A DNA stretch of 64,000 nt. Source: Octopus bimaculoides (taxonomy: Eukaryota). Shown here one piece after another: positions 53,901-64,000 of the stretch. The stretch is taken from NCBI RefSeq assembly GCF_001194135.2, contig NC_068981.1, positions 187,908,324 through 187,972,323 on the forward strand, read 5' to 3'. A program made the position numbers and the translations under genes. The notes under the pieces were generated by a model. It was not told where the DNA came from and ran no database searches. It saw nothing but the letters and a program-made list of their open reading frames with translations. Numbering within the stretch: position 1 is the stretch's first letter; each line of letters starts with the position of its first letter.

Positions 53901-54008
53901 TTAAAGCAAAGCATTTTTCTCTAAAGGTACCAGCCTACATAAGTTCAAACTAAATACCGACATTACAAAACATCATTGGGACTACCTCACCACCTCAGTC
54001 TGAATTTG

Positions 54009-54060
<52 letters not shown>

Positions 54061-54457
54061 TGAACCTCCTAATAAATATTAAATATTGTTATCAATTCCA
54101 GGTGCTACAATTTCCTTTTGTATATCCCAGAGAGATTTAGAGATAGCTGCTAAATAGTGAAGCTCGAATTTATAGCTCAATATAAATGTTTATCTACTCC
54201 ACTTATTGGACTTGATGCCCCATAATTATATTCTTCAACAGGTTTCAAATTTAGGAATTGAATATATTCGAATAGGAAATTCCATGTTGATAGTGATCAC
54301 TATCAAACGTTATACAAAAGAATAGACTAGAGTTTCATCTATTATGCAGCTTTGAAAGTACTTAGCTTAAATTTCAACCTTATCTAATATGTGATAACGA
54401 TATTTAGTGATTCGACTGAACGGATTACATTCGAATTTTAGATTTGTAGTTGTTAGC

Positions 54458-54542
<85 letters not shown>

Positions 54543-54546
54543 GTGT

Positions 54547-54592
<46 letters not shown>

Positions 54593-54897
54593 TCTAAGCA
54601 AGGATACGAATATGTGTGCTATAATTGTTAAAAGCTGCAAATGTATTGCATCTAGGTTGTAGCTATTACACGTATAAAATAATCCACACTGACGTAAATT
54701 TGTATGCAGTGTTTCCACTCTTGTCGTATGAACGAGTAGCAAATACATGGATATTTATATATGTGATTCACTTCTATTTCTGTGCACCATTCCTGTTTAT
54801 CTTGTATTTGAAATGCATAATTTACCAATATAGTACTATTAAAGAAAATTTGATACGTTTAACATAAATACTTCTATGTTGAGGCATGTCCAAGTAT

Positions 54898-54928
<31 letters not shown>

Positions 54929-55050
54929 CACACACACACGCACGCACACACACACACACACACACTCACACACACACATACACACACACACACGCACACA
55001 CATATAGTATATAGTATATATAGACCACAGTATGTATGTGCAAAATGACT

Positions 55051-55463
55051 AACGCATACATTTCCACAATTCTCAACCGAGTTTCACCAAACTTTACACA
55101 CACCTTACTTATGTCCTACGAATGGTCATGCACTGTAACATTTTGCCCAGAGCATCCTCGTAGATGGACGTAAATGGACATAGGTTTTTGTATGTAGGGT
55201 CATACATACTTTTTTAATCCTTTTATAAAAGTGAAAAGATTTTGTCTATTTATTTCGTTTGTCCATCTGCGACGGTTATTAAATTGACTCGGGAACACTG
55301 AACGCATACATTTCCACAATTCTCAACCGATTTTCCCCAAACTATACACACAAATTACTTACGTCCCAAGGATGGTCATGCTCTATAACATTTTCTCAGA
55401 ACTCCCGCGTAAATCGACGTAAATTGACATAGTTTTTTTGTATGTAGGGTCTTCCATACTTTT
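55051..55463. repeat. Two ~160-bp diverged direct repeats, period 250 bp
   Basis: AACGCATACATTTCCACAATTCTCAACCGA..GGTCATGC..GACGTAAAT.GACATAG..TGTATGTAGGGTC at 55051 and 55301. Confidence 0.85.
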
Positions 55464-55519
55464 ACACATATAATACACATCCGGTGTTCACTGTCGATTA
55501 CAGTTCCAATTGTTCCTTT

Positions 55520-56025
55520 GCGACAGGCCCATTTAAGTTCAGAGTGCTGAATCATCTTTTCCTCCCAGGCATTACAACCAGTCCTAACAGCACTTCACGT
55601 GTTCCGATCTAGAACATCGTTTTCCCAATCACTTTTGTTCATATCTAGTTTCTTCAGGTTTTTCTTCACACAGTCTTTATAACTTTTCCTCGGCTTATAT
55701 TGCGGTCGCTTACCAGAGTTGAACTCACCGTAAAAAAGATGCTTTGGTAATCGCTCGTCTTTCATTCTAATAACGTCTAATCCATCTCATTTGAGCTAAG
55801 ATAACATGTTGTTCAATTGAGCTGCGACTTGCCATGCGAAAAACCTCTGATCTGATATGAAGCATTCTAACTTGACTCTTAAGATACGTCTGAGGCACTT
55901 TTGGTGAAATCTCTCCAACATTTTTATATAAGGCTTGTACGTGGTCCATGTCTCACTTGAAGAAAGAAGTGCAGACAATACACACACTTTATAGACAGTG
56001 ATTGTCGTCTGCATGGAAATACCCA
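55520..56025 (-). mobile_element. RTE-type LINE ORF2 C-terminal fragment
   Basis: ISMQTTITVYKVCVLSALLSSSETWTTYK..LERFHQKCLRRILRVK / AQMRWI..FYGE..GKRPQYKPRKSYKDCVKKNLK..W.NDVLDR is the classic RTE post-RT region, with stops and frameshifts. Confidence 0.9.
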
Positions 56026-56029
56026 AAGT

Positions 56030-56103
56030 GTAACGCGGTGGGACTCAACCCGGAAGCATGTGGTTGGGAAGCAAACTTCTTACCACACAGCCACACCTGC
56101 GCC
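56030..56103 (-). mobile_element. SINE family D head abutting the RTE fragment
   Basis: Reverse complement reads AGGCGCAGGTGTGGCTGTGTGGTAAGAAGTTTGCTTCCCAACCACATGCTTCCGGGTTGAGTCCCAC. Confidence 0.85.
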
Positions 56104-57069
56104 TTGTTATTTTCCTTCAATCCTTTAATTTATTATTTTCAAACCTCAATAACTAATTCGTTTCAATGTTAGTGTGAGACCCACGAAAGAACACATTCAT
56201 ATGTATGAAACGATGCAGTTTCACTGCATACGAGACGTCATTTATCCAACATGACGTAGCATGAAGTCCATCTCTAATACATTCCAAATTATGACCATCC
56301 TAACCTTCTTATTTCTCATCTTCTCTCCATCTATGTTGTACTCACTCTCCACCCATGTTGTACTCACTCTCCACCCTTCACGAACCAATTCAGTTTGTTA
56401 TAACTGTATATTGTACTTCACTAATATCAATTAAGCAGCATATTACAATGTTTTCAAGATGAAAGCGAAAACCTTGTTCTATTGATAACCATCGTCTAAT
56501 GTGTATATTATACGGGCTATGTAAAGGAAGGCAACACTGATTGCATTAATGTTTTCTTTCAGGTAATTTCTATAACATACTGTATGTCATTTGGATAATC
56601 TGAGTCTATGAGACTCCAGTGCATATCTGGCTTTCAAATATAACAATATAAGCAAACAGTAAGTTTTAGATAGCCATCTAACGTTGATATATTGTGTGTT
56701 GTAGACAAGATGGCTTTCAGCTAATTCTTTTCTCTGTGTGGCTGTCGCAATCAAAGTTAGATTAGTGTTTATGGGATCATTAGTTCTTTCTTTGTGTGTG
56801 AGTATTTCTATATCAAGTGAATTGTTAATTATTGCCTCATTTATTTGCATTGTGTTGTTACTAAGATTAATGAACTCCATTAGATAAATCAAAGCTAATA
56901 TCTGCTAAGCCTGGCTTTAGAGTAGAGATATTTCCACCAACTTACGGAACCACTTTCTTTTTCGTCCGTAACTTGTATGGAAATTATTCACTGTATAACA
57001 TGTTTTACTAACCTCTTCGATCACTTGTGCAAATACTCAATCATATTTATAGATGGCTAATCTCAATAT

Positions 57070-59880
57070 TGCCTGTCTCTTTAGTAAGGACAGATCATTT
57101 ACAAAGCAGTCGAAATTAATTTTTGTCTTTACCCTCTCTGTCTCTCATTAGATAAAGTTTTATGGACAGAAATACCAATATGTATTGTAAGTTGAGGTTC
57201 TTGGTCTACTACAAAATGACCAGACTTCAAAAGAGGTTACAAACCCTGATCTTAAAGTATTCCTATAACATAAAAAATTCAACAGTACTGTCTCTCCCTC
57301 TCCCTCGTTCTCTCTCTCCCTCCCTTCGTCGCTCCCTTACTCGCTTGCTTCCATCTGATTGCAGATTTGCAGGGATAGAGATTTTGAGCTCAAAGATTTG
57401 AAAAATTCTTTGAAAAACCTTCTACGAAATTAAGGTCAGTTGGCTGTCACAATTTTCAGTGGAAAACCTGGTGACGCCGTTTATGATTTTCTTCATTATA
57501 CGTAATATTCTTCATTATATGTAACAAATTTTCTATAGTTATTTTCAAGAATGAGAAACTGAAAGTTCTTGTATGGCACAAATATGCCCGACAGTTAGCC
57601 ATCACAGTTTCATTATAGGTATTATTGGTATCTTCAATGCGGCGCACTGGTAATATGTTTGTATACCAGTTCAAGGAGGTCTGCTGATTTCTCAATGTCT
57701 TACAGTGATTCTCTTGTTCTTTTTAGGTAAACGATATAAATATGACTTATGTATACATTTAAGCCATGGTCATCTCATTGCTCATCAGAAATCACCTTTA
57801 AGGCTTTTTGACTATTTACACTCTGAACAGGTGATACCTTAACGTTACAGCTATGACAGCTTCCGAATAGTATTAGGAAACACGCAGCATTTGTTTTCTG
57901 ACAATATCTGTCTCAGAACTTTCACTAATTCAGCCGTCTGGCTATTAATTCAAGTTCTTGGCTATTATTAACTATGTCAATTTTAAGTTTAATATTTCGT
58001 GCGTCACTTTTCTTCACGATAATCATATTTCATAATCAGTGAGAGACCTGTTGTATGTAACGTGACTTAAGCGAGCTGAGAGCATGAATAGCAGAAATTT
58101 CATTGGTTCTTTGTTAAAAAATGGACAACATAGTTTAATTTGTTCAGCACATTATTGAATTTTCCTTAAATTTAGTTTTAAACTTCTGCTTTTGCATTGT
58201 TGTGAAACAGCTAGTAAATGTTTACAATATTCAATTATTTATAAACAGAAGCATGACTTCCGAATTGTTTTCATAGCGGCTTGGAACCCTTCAGAAGATG
58301 ACTCCACTTCGTAACGCAGAATGTTTTTAGTTTGCTACTCTGTTGGGAGCTTTTCTCTTTAGTGAAGCTCTCTCTCTCTCTCTTTGGTGAGAAATGCATA
58401 AAATAAAGCTTTTATATGTTTCCAGCACTGCGAAATATTTAGTATATGACATTCTGACAGTGAGTCTATCAGCTGTACGAACAGAAAAATGTACACGTTT
58501 AATAACTTTAAGATTTGTGGGACCAATAGGTATGTCCCTTGTTTTAACTTGCATCTTCACGGTCACTAAGTTATTTACCTAATCATTCATTGTTTTTCAA
58601 TTCTATATCTGGCACCATTTTATTCCATTGATTGTCTCTTCATAAGCTACTCCTTTTGAAATTGGAATCTTTTCTGCAAGTCTACAACTGATATTATTTT
58701 CAGATCCACAGTAATTGTATATAAAACCTCAGCAGCGACAAAGCGGTCAATATATTTGGGATGTCGAAAATTATTTAACGCTGTAAAATTATGCAAAATT
58801 TACATAGTCGTTAATTAGAGATTTTTTGACTGGGTTAATCATTACATCATTACATAGGTCAGCATCTAATACCAGTTCACTTCTTCAGGTGAAATTTGTA
58901 TGACCTGAAAGGGGGCTGTAGTGTGTCTCACTTTGGTAATAATCCCCGATATTTGCTCAGCAACAGTCAATAGTAACAACATTGTGCACCTGTCTAGCTT
59001 ATTGTTCGTTGCATCAAATTAATAGCCTAGGGACATACTACGCACATATAGTATGACCAAAGCGTAGCATTCATTTTCTTAAGGTAGTCAAATGGTTTCG
59101 TTTTAGATTTACATTTCTTTACAAAATGGCTTGATATGCTGCATTCATATGAGTCTTTTCCATTGTTTAGTTAAAAGCTGAACATAAAATTTATGAATGC
59201 TACCATCATTTTGGTGTTTTTACTGCTCTCAACTAGTTTAATTTTCAAAACGCTTGTATTTCTAATCTTCATAACCGGTTCAGATTATCAGTTTCCTTTA
59301 GTTTGTGTATTAAGGAAATACCCTCTACACTAATGGTCAGCGTGAGGCAGCTAATTGGCCAGTTCTTAGAAATAATTTGTGCTATTAGTTCCTATGTTTT
59401 GATTTCGAATTTCGCCATGGGCAACGTTGACTTTCACTTCTTTGGGCTCTGTAAATAAACCAGAAAGTAATTGGCTCCACAATGCTTATTATTCTCAAGG
59501 GACTTTATATGTTACCACAAAACCCGAAGGACTCACCAGGAGTTGAGAGCTCAAGAAAGGAGGGACCAATGTGTGAAAACCCAAACTGCTAGCTAAATCG
59601 GTGAACTTATAACTACGTGTCTGCTTGCGTAGTTTTATCAAACATTCCTATGTATTTCTCCTATTTTGTTTAGTATCAAGGAATCTGCTTCCCATAATGA
59701 AAGCCAATAACTCTAGATGCATAGAAATTGTCAAAGTTTCCTATGACATCTGCATATCTGTTTTACATCGAAACTGATATAGGTTGCTTTACTTGATTCT
59801 CCAATAGTGCGTAGCAACAACGCACTTTTGGCCTTATCAGCTGATTTATCACCAAGAGACTGTAAAATTATCATTGAAAG
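57070..59880 (-). mobile_element. Heavily decayed, internally deleted Ty3/Gypsy LTR retrotransposon (gag-pol relic)
   Basis: Ordered minus-strand remnants: gag KSADKAKSALLLRTIGESSKATYISF / YADVIGNFDNFY / RFLDTKQ..LIKLRKQTRSYKFTDLASSL (59880-59585); knuckle ECSISSHFVKKCKSK (~59150-59100); connection/RNase H TTAP..ELVLDA (~58925-58860); integrase CYRNT (~57270) and KINFD..NDLSLLK (~57130-57090). No LTRs identified. Confidence 0.6.
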
Positions 59881-61059
59881 GACGTCAGTGGACAAGTGGG
59901 TTAATATCAGATATAACATTAAGCACCAGGAAATTATATTCATCTATTTAGTATTTTCGTTATACAGCATAGTCACTTAATCAATTATTTCAGTTAAAAT
60001 CTGTCAGCGCTTCACCTATCAGCTATGTTAATAACGAATTAAAGAGAGACGGAGCAGCACCGGTAGCCTATGTAATTCTTGTCTCAGTATTCTATAATTC
60101 AAATCAGCTGACATTTTTGACATCATGTTATATATCTGTGTATCATTGTTCATATCAGGCAGAGCATTAAATTGGAGGGTGCTATTTATTGACAACTATC
60201 ACCAATTGCGCATATATATAATGTAACATAGCTAAGAGATGCCAACTCACATTAAATCTATTACACCATTTGCACCTGTGTTGTTTCCAACAACCGTTAA
60301 ATTGCAAGTATTTTAAAAGAGCATTAGCTATGCCGATCTCGCAGGTTTCACATACTCTGGATAGATTTTGGACACGACTCTCCCTTCAGATCAAACGATG
60401 TTTTTAAAATCCACTTTAAAAAGCTCAAATGGTTTAATTATACAGTCAAATTGTATCAGGCGATTATTATCGATTGCAGAACAGATAATAACTGAGAGAG
60501 TAATTTTATAGAATATATGCATTTTATGAATGTATTTTTGATATTTCCAAATGATATGAATATTTTTCATAAAGCAGTGCTCCACCATGGTCTTAGCCGT
60601 GATGGCTAAAACCCTAAAGAACATTAACGTACATACTCTTTCCTGTTTCCCGAAATATTTTTCTATGTCTAAATGTCGATAGTTTCTATGTAACAGCTTC
60701 AACTTTTATATTCAGCTCTGAAAATCATTCGTCTCACACTTTATCATTCAATTCTCTGCTGTACTGTCAAAGTCAAAGTGAACGTAGTCTTTAGCGAAGT
60801 ATGAGGCTACTTTCTCAGTCTCCATTGTTTGTTTTACATTGCAAATTAGCATTATCAGTTCTCATCACTTCATCTCAGACAATAATTAGAAATCCTTTAT
60901 TTCTCTTCAGTTTTCCCATGTTGCTGCCACTTATAATTCTATTTATTAGCGTTGTATTCCATTTGCATTTATTATTTGACAAGAGAATATATACAGATAC
61001 ATGCGCGCTCAATTTTGCTGGACCAAACTATCTGAAACACATGATTTGTTGACGATTTA

Positions 61060-61077
61060 CTACTACTACTGCTGCTG

Positions 61078-61130
<53 letters not shown>
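61060..61130. repeat. (TAC)n/(TGC)n trinucleotide repeat
   Basis: Direct reading. Confidence 0.95.
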
Positions 61131-61132
<2 letters not shown>

Positions 61133-61634
61133 CACCATCTCTGCTATTACCAGAAGTACCATCGCCTCTACTAATGATACTAACATTAACGCTACACCGG
61201 CTGTTATTGCTGCATAAAGCCAAGTTTCGTGCAATTTTGTGGTAGCTGGTGCACGTAGCCCACGTTTCTACTATATTTGCACACCTTCCCGCCAATTTTG
61301 AGAGGAAGATCACTGAGTGAACAAAGTGCTGGTCCATCAGCTAAAGGATCAACAGTTTGTATATCACCAACATATACTGTTACTAACAATCACAAGAGTC
61401 CGTTTATCTAAATAAAAGAAGGTACTACATACTGGTAAGATTTTTCTTTATGGTCAATTATATTCGTGGACAGTTGATCCTATCGCCTTTTCAATGTTAG
61501 TTACATATACTTCGTTTTTGTATTTGGCTTACAGAATTCTTGATGTGAATTCGCGTATTGAAACACATTTTGTGGCATCTTGGAAAGGTCATTAAGGCAA
61601 TAATAATGCGTGTGTTATTATTATTTGGGTAATT

Positions 61635-61850
61635 AAAGCAGCGAGCGAGCAGAATCGTTAGAATGCCGGGCAAATGATTAGCGGCATTTCGTCTGTATTT
61701 AAGTTCTGAGTTCAAGTTCCGCCGAGATCGACTTTGCCTTTCATCCTTTCGAGGTCGATGAAATAAGTGCTAGTTGAGTACTGGAGTCAATGTAATCGAC
61801 GTACCCCTCCCCCTAAATTTCAGGTCTTGTGCCTTTAGTAGAAAGGATTA
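61635..61850 (+). mobile_element. SINE family A/B (B tail)
   Basis: Consensus head, B-box GAGTTCAAGTTCC, tail CCCTAAATTTCAGGTCTTGTGCC. Confidence 0.85.
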
Positions 61851-62274
61851 TTGGCGTAATGACTCTCTCAAGAATCAACATAATTGGTTGTATACAGTTT
61901 GAAAAGAAATAGGATGTGAGATGTTGATTCACTGAAAATGCTATACATGAATAATAAAATCTACTGTTATTATACTTCTCTCTTCTTAAGGCAGTGAATT
62001 CACATTACTGCATTTGTTTCTGGACTTAAAAAGCTTTGGCTTCAAATCCCACGAAGTTCAAATTTTACCTTTTGTCCGTCTAGGGTTGACAAACTAAAGT
62101 ACCACTCAAGTGCTGGGATCGCTGTAAGCGACCACTCCACGCCCTTACACAAATAGTAGTGTCTTCTACTGTGACTCAAAGAGACAATACTCTCCTTAGA
62201 ATGCGAGCTGTACCCAACAATGCTCTCTTCTGGGTCACTTCGGGCCTGACAGCAGTTCCAATATTCTTAATATT

Positions 62275-62488
62275 AAGGCAGCGTGCTGGCAGAAACGTTA
62301 CCACGCCGGGTGAAATGCTTAGCGGTGTTTCGTCTGTCTTTATGTTCTGAGTTCAAATTCCCCCGAGGTCGACTTTGCCTTTTATCCTTTCGGGGTCTAT
62401 AAATTAAGTCCCAGTTGCGTAATGGGTCGATCTAATCGAGTGGCCCCCTCCCCCAAAATTTCGAGCCTTATACTTCGAGTAGGAAAGA
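62275..62488 (+). mobile_element. SINE family A/B (B tail)
   Basis: AAGGCAGCGTGCTGGCAGAAACGTTACCACGCCGGGTGAAATGCTTAGCGG..GAGTTCAAATTCCCCCGAGGTCGAC. Confidence 0.9.
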
Positions 62489-62772
62489 ATCTTCTTCTTC
62501 TTCTTCTTCTTCTTCTTCTTCTCGCTGGAGATGTAGTACGGTGTCAGCTGTTCACTACCAGTAAACGAAGGTAACACCTCTTATTTTTCGAGCATCTTCC
62601 GGAGTATTCTAGCGGTTCCAAGCAGTCCTGTTTTCTGCAAGTGCTCCACCCTAATTGCGGTCCCTATTTGTTCCACGTACTTCTCAAGATTTTTGCTCAC
62701 TGTTCCCAGGGCTCCGACAATTATTGGTACGACTACCACCCTTTTCATCGACTACACTGCTTAACCTCCCAT
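62489..62772 (-). mobile_element. RLE-type (R4/Dong-like) LINE extreme 3' end, subfamily 2, (AAG)n tail
   Basis: MKRVVVVPIIVGALGTVSKNLEKYVEQIGTAIRVEHLQKTGLLGTARILRKMLEK*, then a ~65-bp UTR and (AAG)n. Confidence 0.85.
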
Positions 62773-62865
62773 GCTAATCTGTCATATTTTATTTCTTTAC
62801 TGCCCACGAGGGGGTACACACAGAGGGGACAAATCAGTTGAGTGCTGATACTTCTAAGTGCGCCA

Positions 62866-62921
<56 letters not shown>

Positions 62922-62925
62922 CGTT

Positions 62926-63897
62926 ATTATTATCATGTTTTCTTCTTTCTTCAAATTTTCTTCCATTTCTTGCCGAGTGTTTTCCATACATCTAGGGCAG
63001 AGAAGCTCATTGTATGCATTCCCAGTTTACACACGCAAATTCACAGGTAAAATATGTATTGTANNNNNNNNNNNNNNNNNNNNNNNNNNNNNNNNNNNNN
63101 NNNNNNNNNNNNNNNNNNNNNNNNNNNNNNNNNNNNNNNNNNNNNNNNNNNNNNNNNNNNNNNNNNNNNNNNNNNNNNNNNNNNNNNNNNNNNNNNNNNN
63201 NNNNNNNNNNNNNNNNNNNNNNNNNNNNNNNNNNNNNNNNNNNNNNNNNNNNNNNNNNNNNNNNNNNNNNNNNNNNNNNNNNNNNNNNNNNNNNNNNNNN
63301 NNNNNNNNNNNNNNNNNNNNNNNNNNNNNNNNNNNNNNNNNAAAAAAAAAAAAAAAAAAATTCATGAATGGATGTTGTTTTCAAAGCGATAATGCTCTTC
63401 TCAGTACATGAGTCGTTCCAGTTAACACGATTTTTGCACTTCCTGTAGGGATGGTAAGCCTGGTATCATTTTCAAATAGGTTTCAGTACCTATTTTTATC
63501 ATTCCTAGAGATCCTACAATCACTGGTACGGTAGTCGCCTTGAGGTGCCACATTTTCTCAATTTCTATTAGCAAGTCTTTATATTTACTGATCTTGTCAA
63601 ATTCTTTCGCCGCTATATTATGATCGCAAGGAATACTCATGTCAATTAATAAACACTTCTTTTTTGTCTGATCTTTTATAATAATATCCGGTTCATTAGC
63701 TTTTATAGTTTTGTCGGTATGTACGGGGAAGTCCCAGAGAATCGATACATTTTATCCCTCCGTTACATCTTCAGGATGGTGCTTATACCATTTGTCAGCG
63801 GTTTTGATTTCATAATGCCGACATATTGTCAAGTGTAAATAAATACTGGCCGACTCTGTCATGTCATGATTTATATTCTACAGGTGCTAAGACCCTA
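62926..63897 (-). mobile_element. 5'-truncated R4/Dong-like LINE (RLE domain) embedded in (TAA)n
   Basis: HDRVGQY..ICRHY..W..H.PE.V..ILWDFPVHTDKTIKANEPDIIIKDQTKKKCLLIDMSIPCDHNIAAKEFDKISKYKDLLIEIEKMW..VPVIVGSLG..QEVQK/IVLTGTTHVLRR (PD..D/E-x-K nuclease). The 3' UTR spans the gap. (TAA)n tracts at 62865-62925 and 63898-63967. Confidence 0.85.
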
Positions 63898-63912
63898 CAT
63901 TATTATTATTAC

Positions 63913-63967
<55 letters not shown>

Positions 63968-64000
63968 GACCTGATTGGCGAGACACTAAACGAGTATGAA

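Noticed and set aside
61204-61389. ORF VYVGDIQTVDPLADGP.. and the opposite-strand S/T-rich frame
   Set aside because: Stops flank both frames, the splice sites are ambiguous and no family is recognised.

Overview
AT-rich, microsatellite-dense eukaryotic scaffold with many N gaps. The SINE families and repeat content look like coleoid cephalopod DNA, probably Octopus (inference, not verified). I found no protein-coding gene I can support. Nearly all ORFs in the track are read-throughs of microsatellites or N gaps, or decayed transposons. The window holds three abundant tRNA-derived SINE families, fragments of RTE-type and R4/Dong-type LINEs, a decayed Gypsy LTR element, a Tc1 left end, a probable Penelope GIY-YIG relic and several MITE/foldback elements. 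The most interesting observation is a fourth short element present twice (20440-20671 minus, 22180-22433 plus). It joins a tRNA-like Pol III head and an internal (TAA)n tract to a 3' module that folds as a minimal type I hammerhead ribozyme of the Penelope kind. Also notable are a perfect spacer-less palindrome (13569-13894) and a GG-terminated MITE with an 8-bp target-site duplication (TSD) and telomere-like repeats (19326-19987). A few isolated candidate exons are reported at low confidence. Coordinates of decayed elements are approximate.
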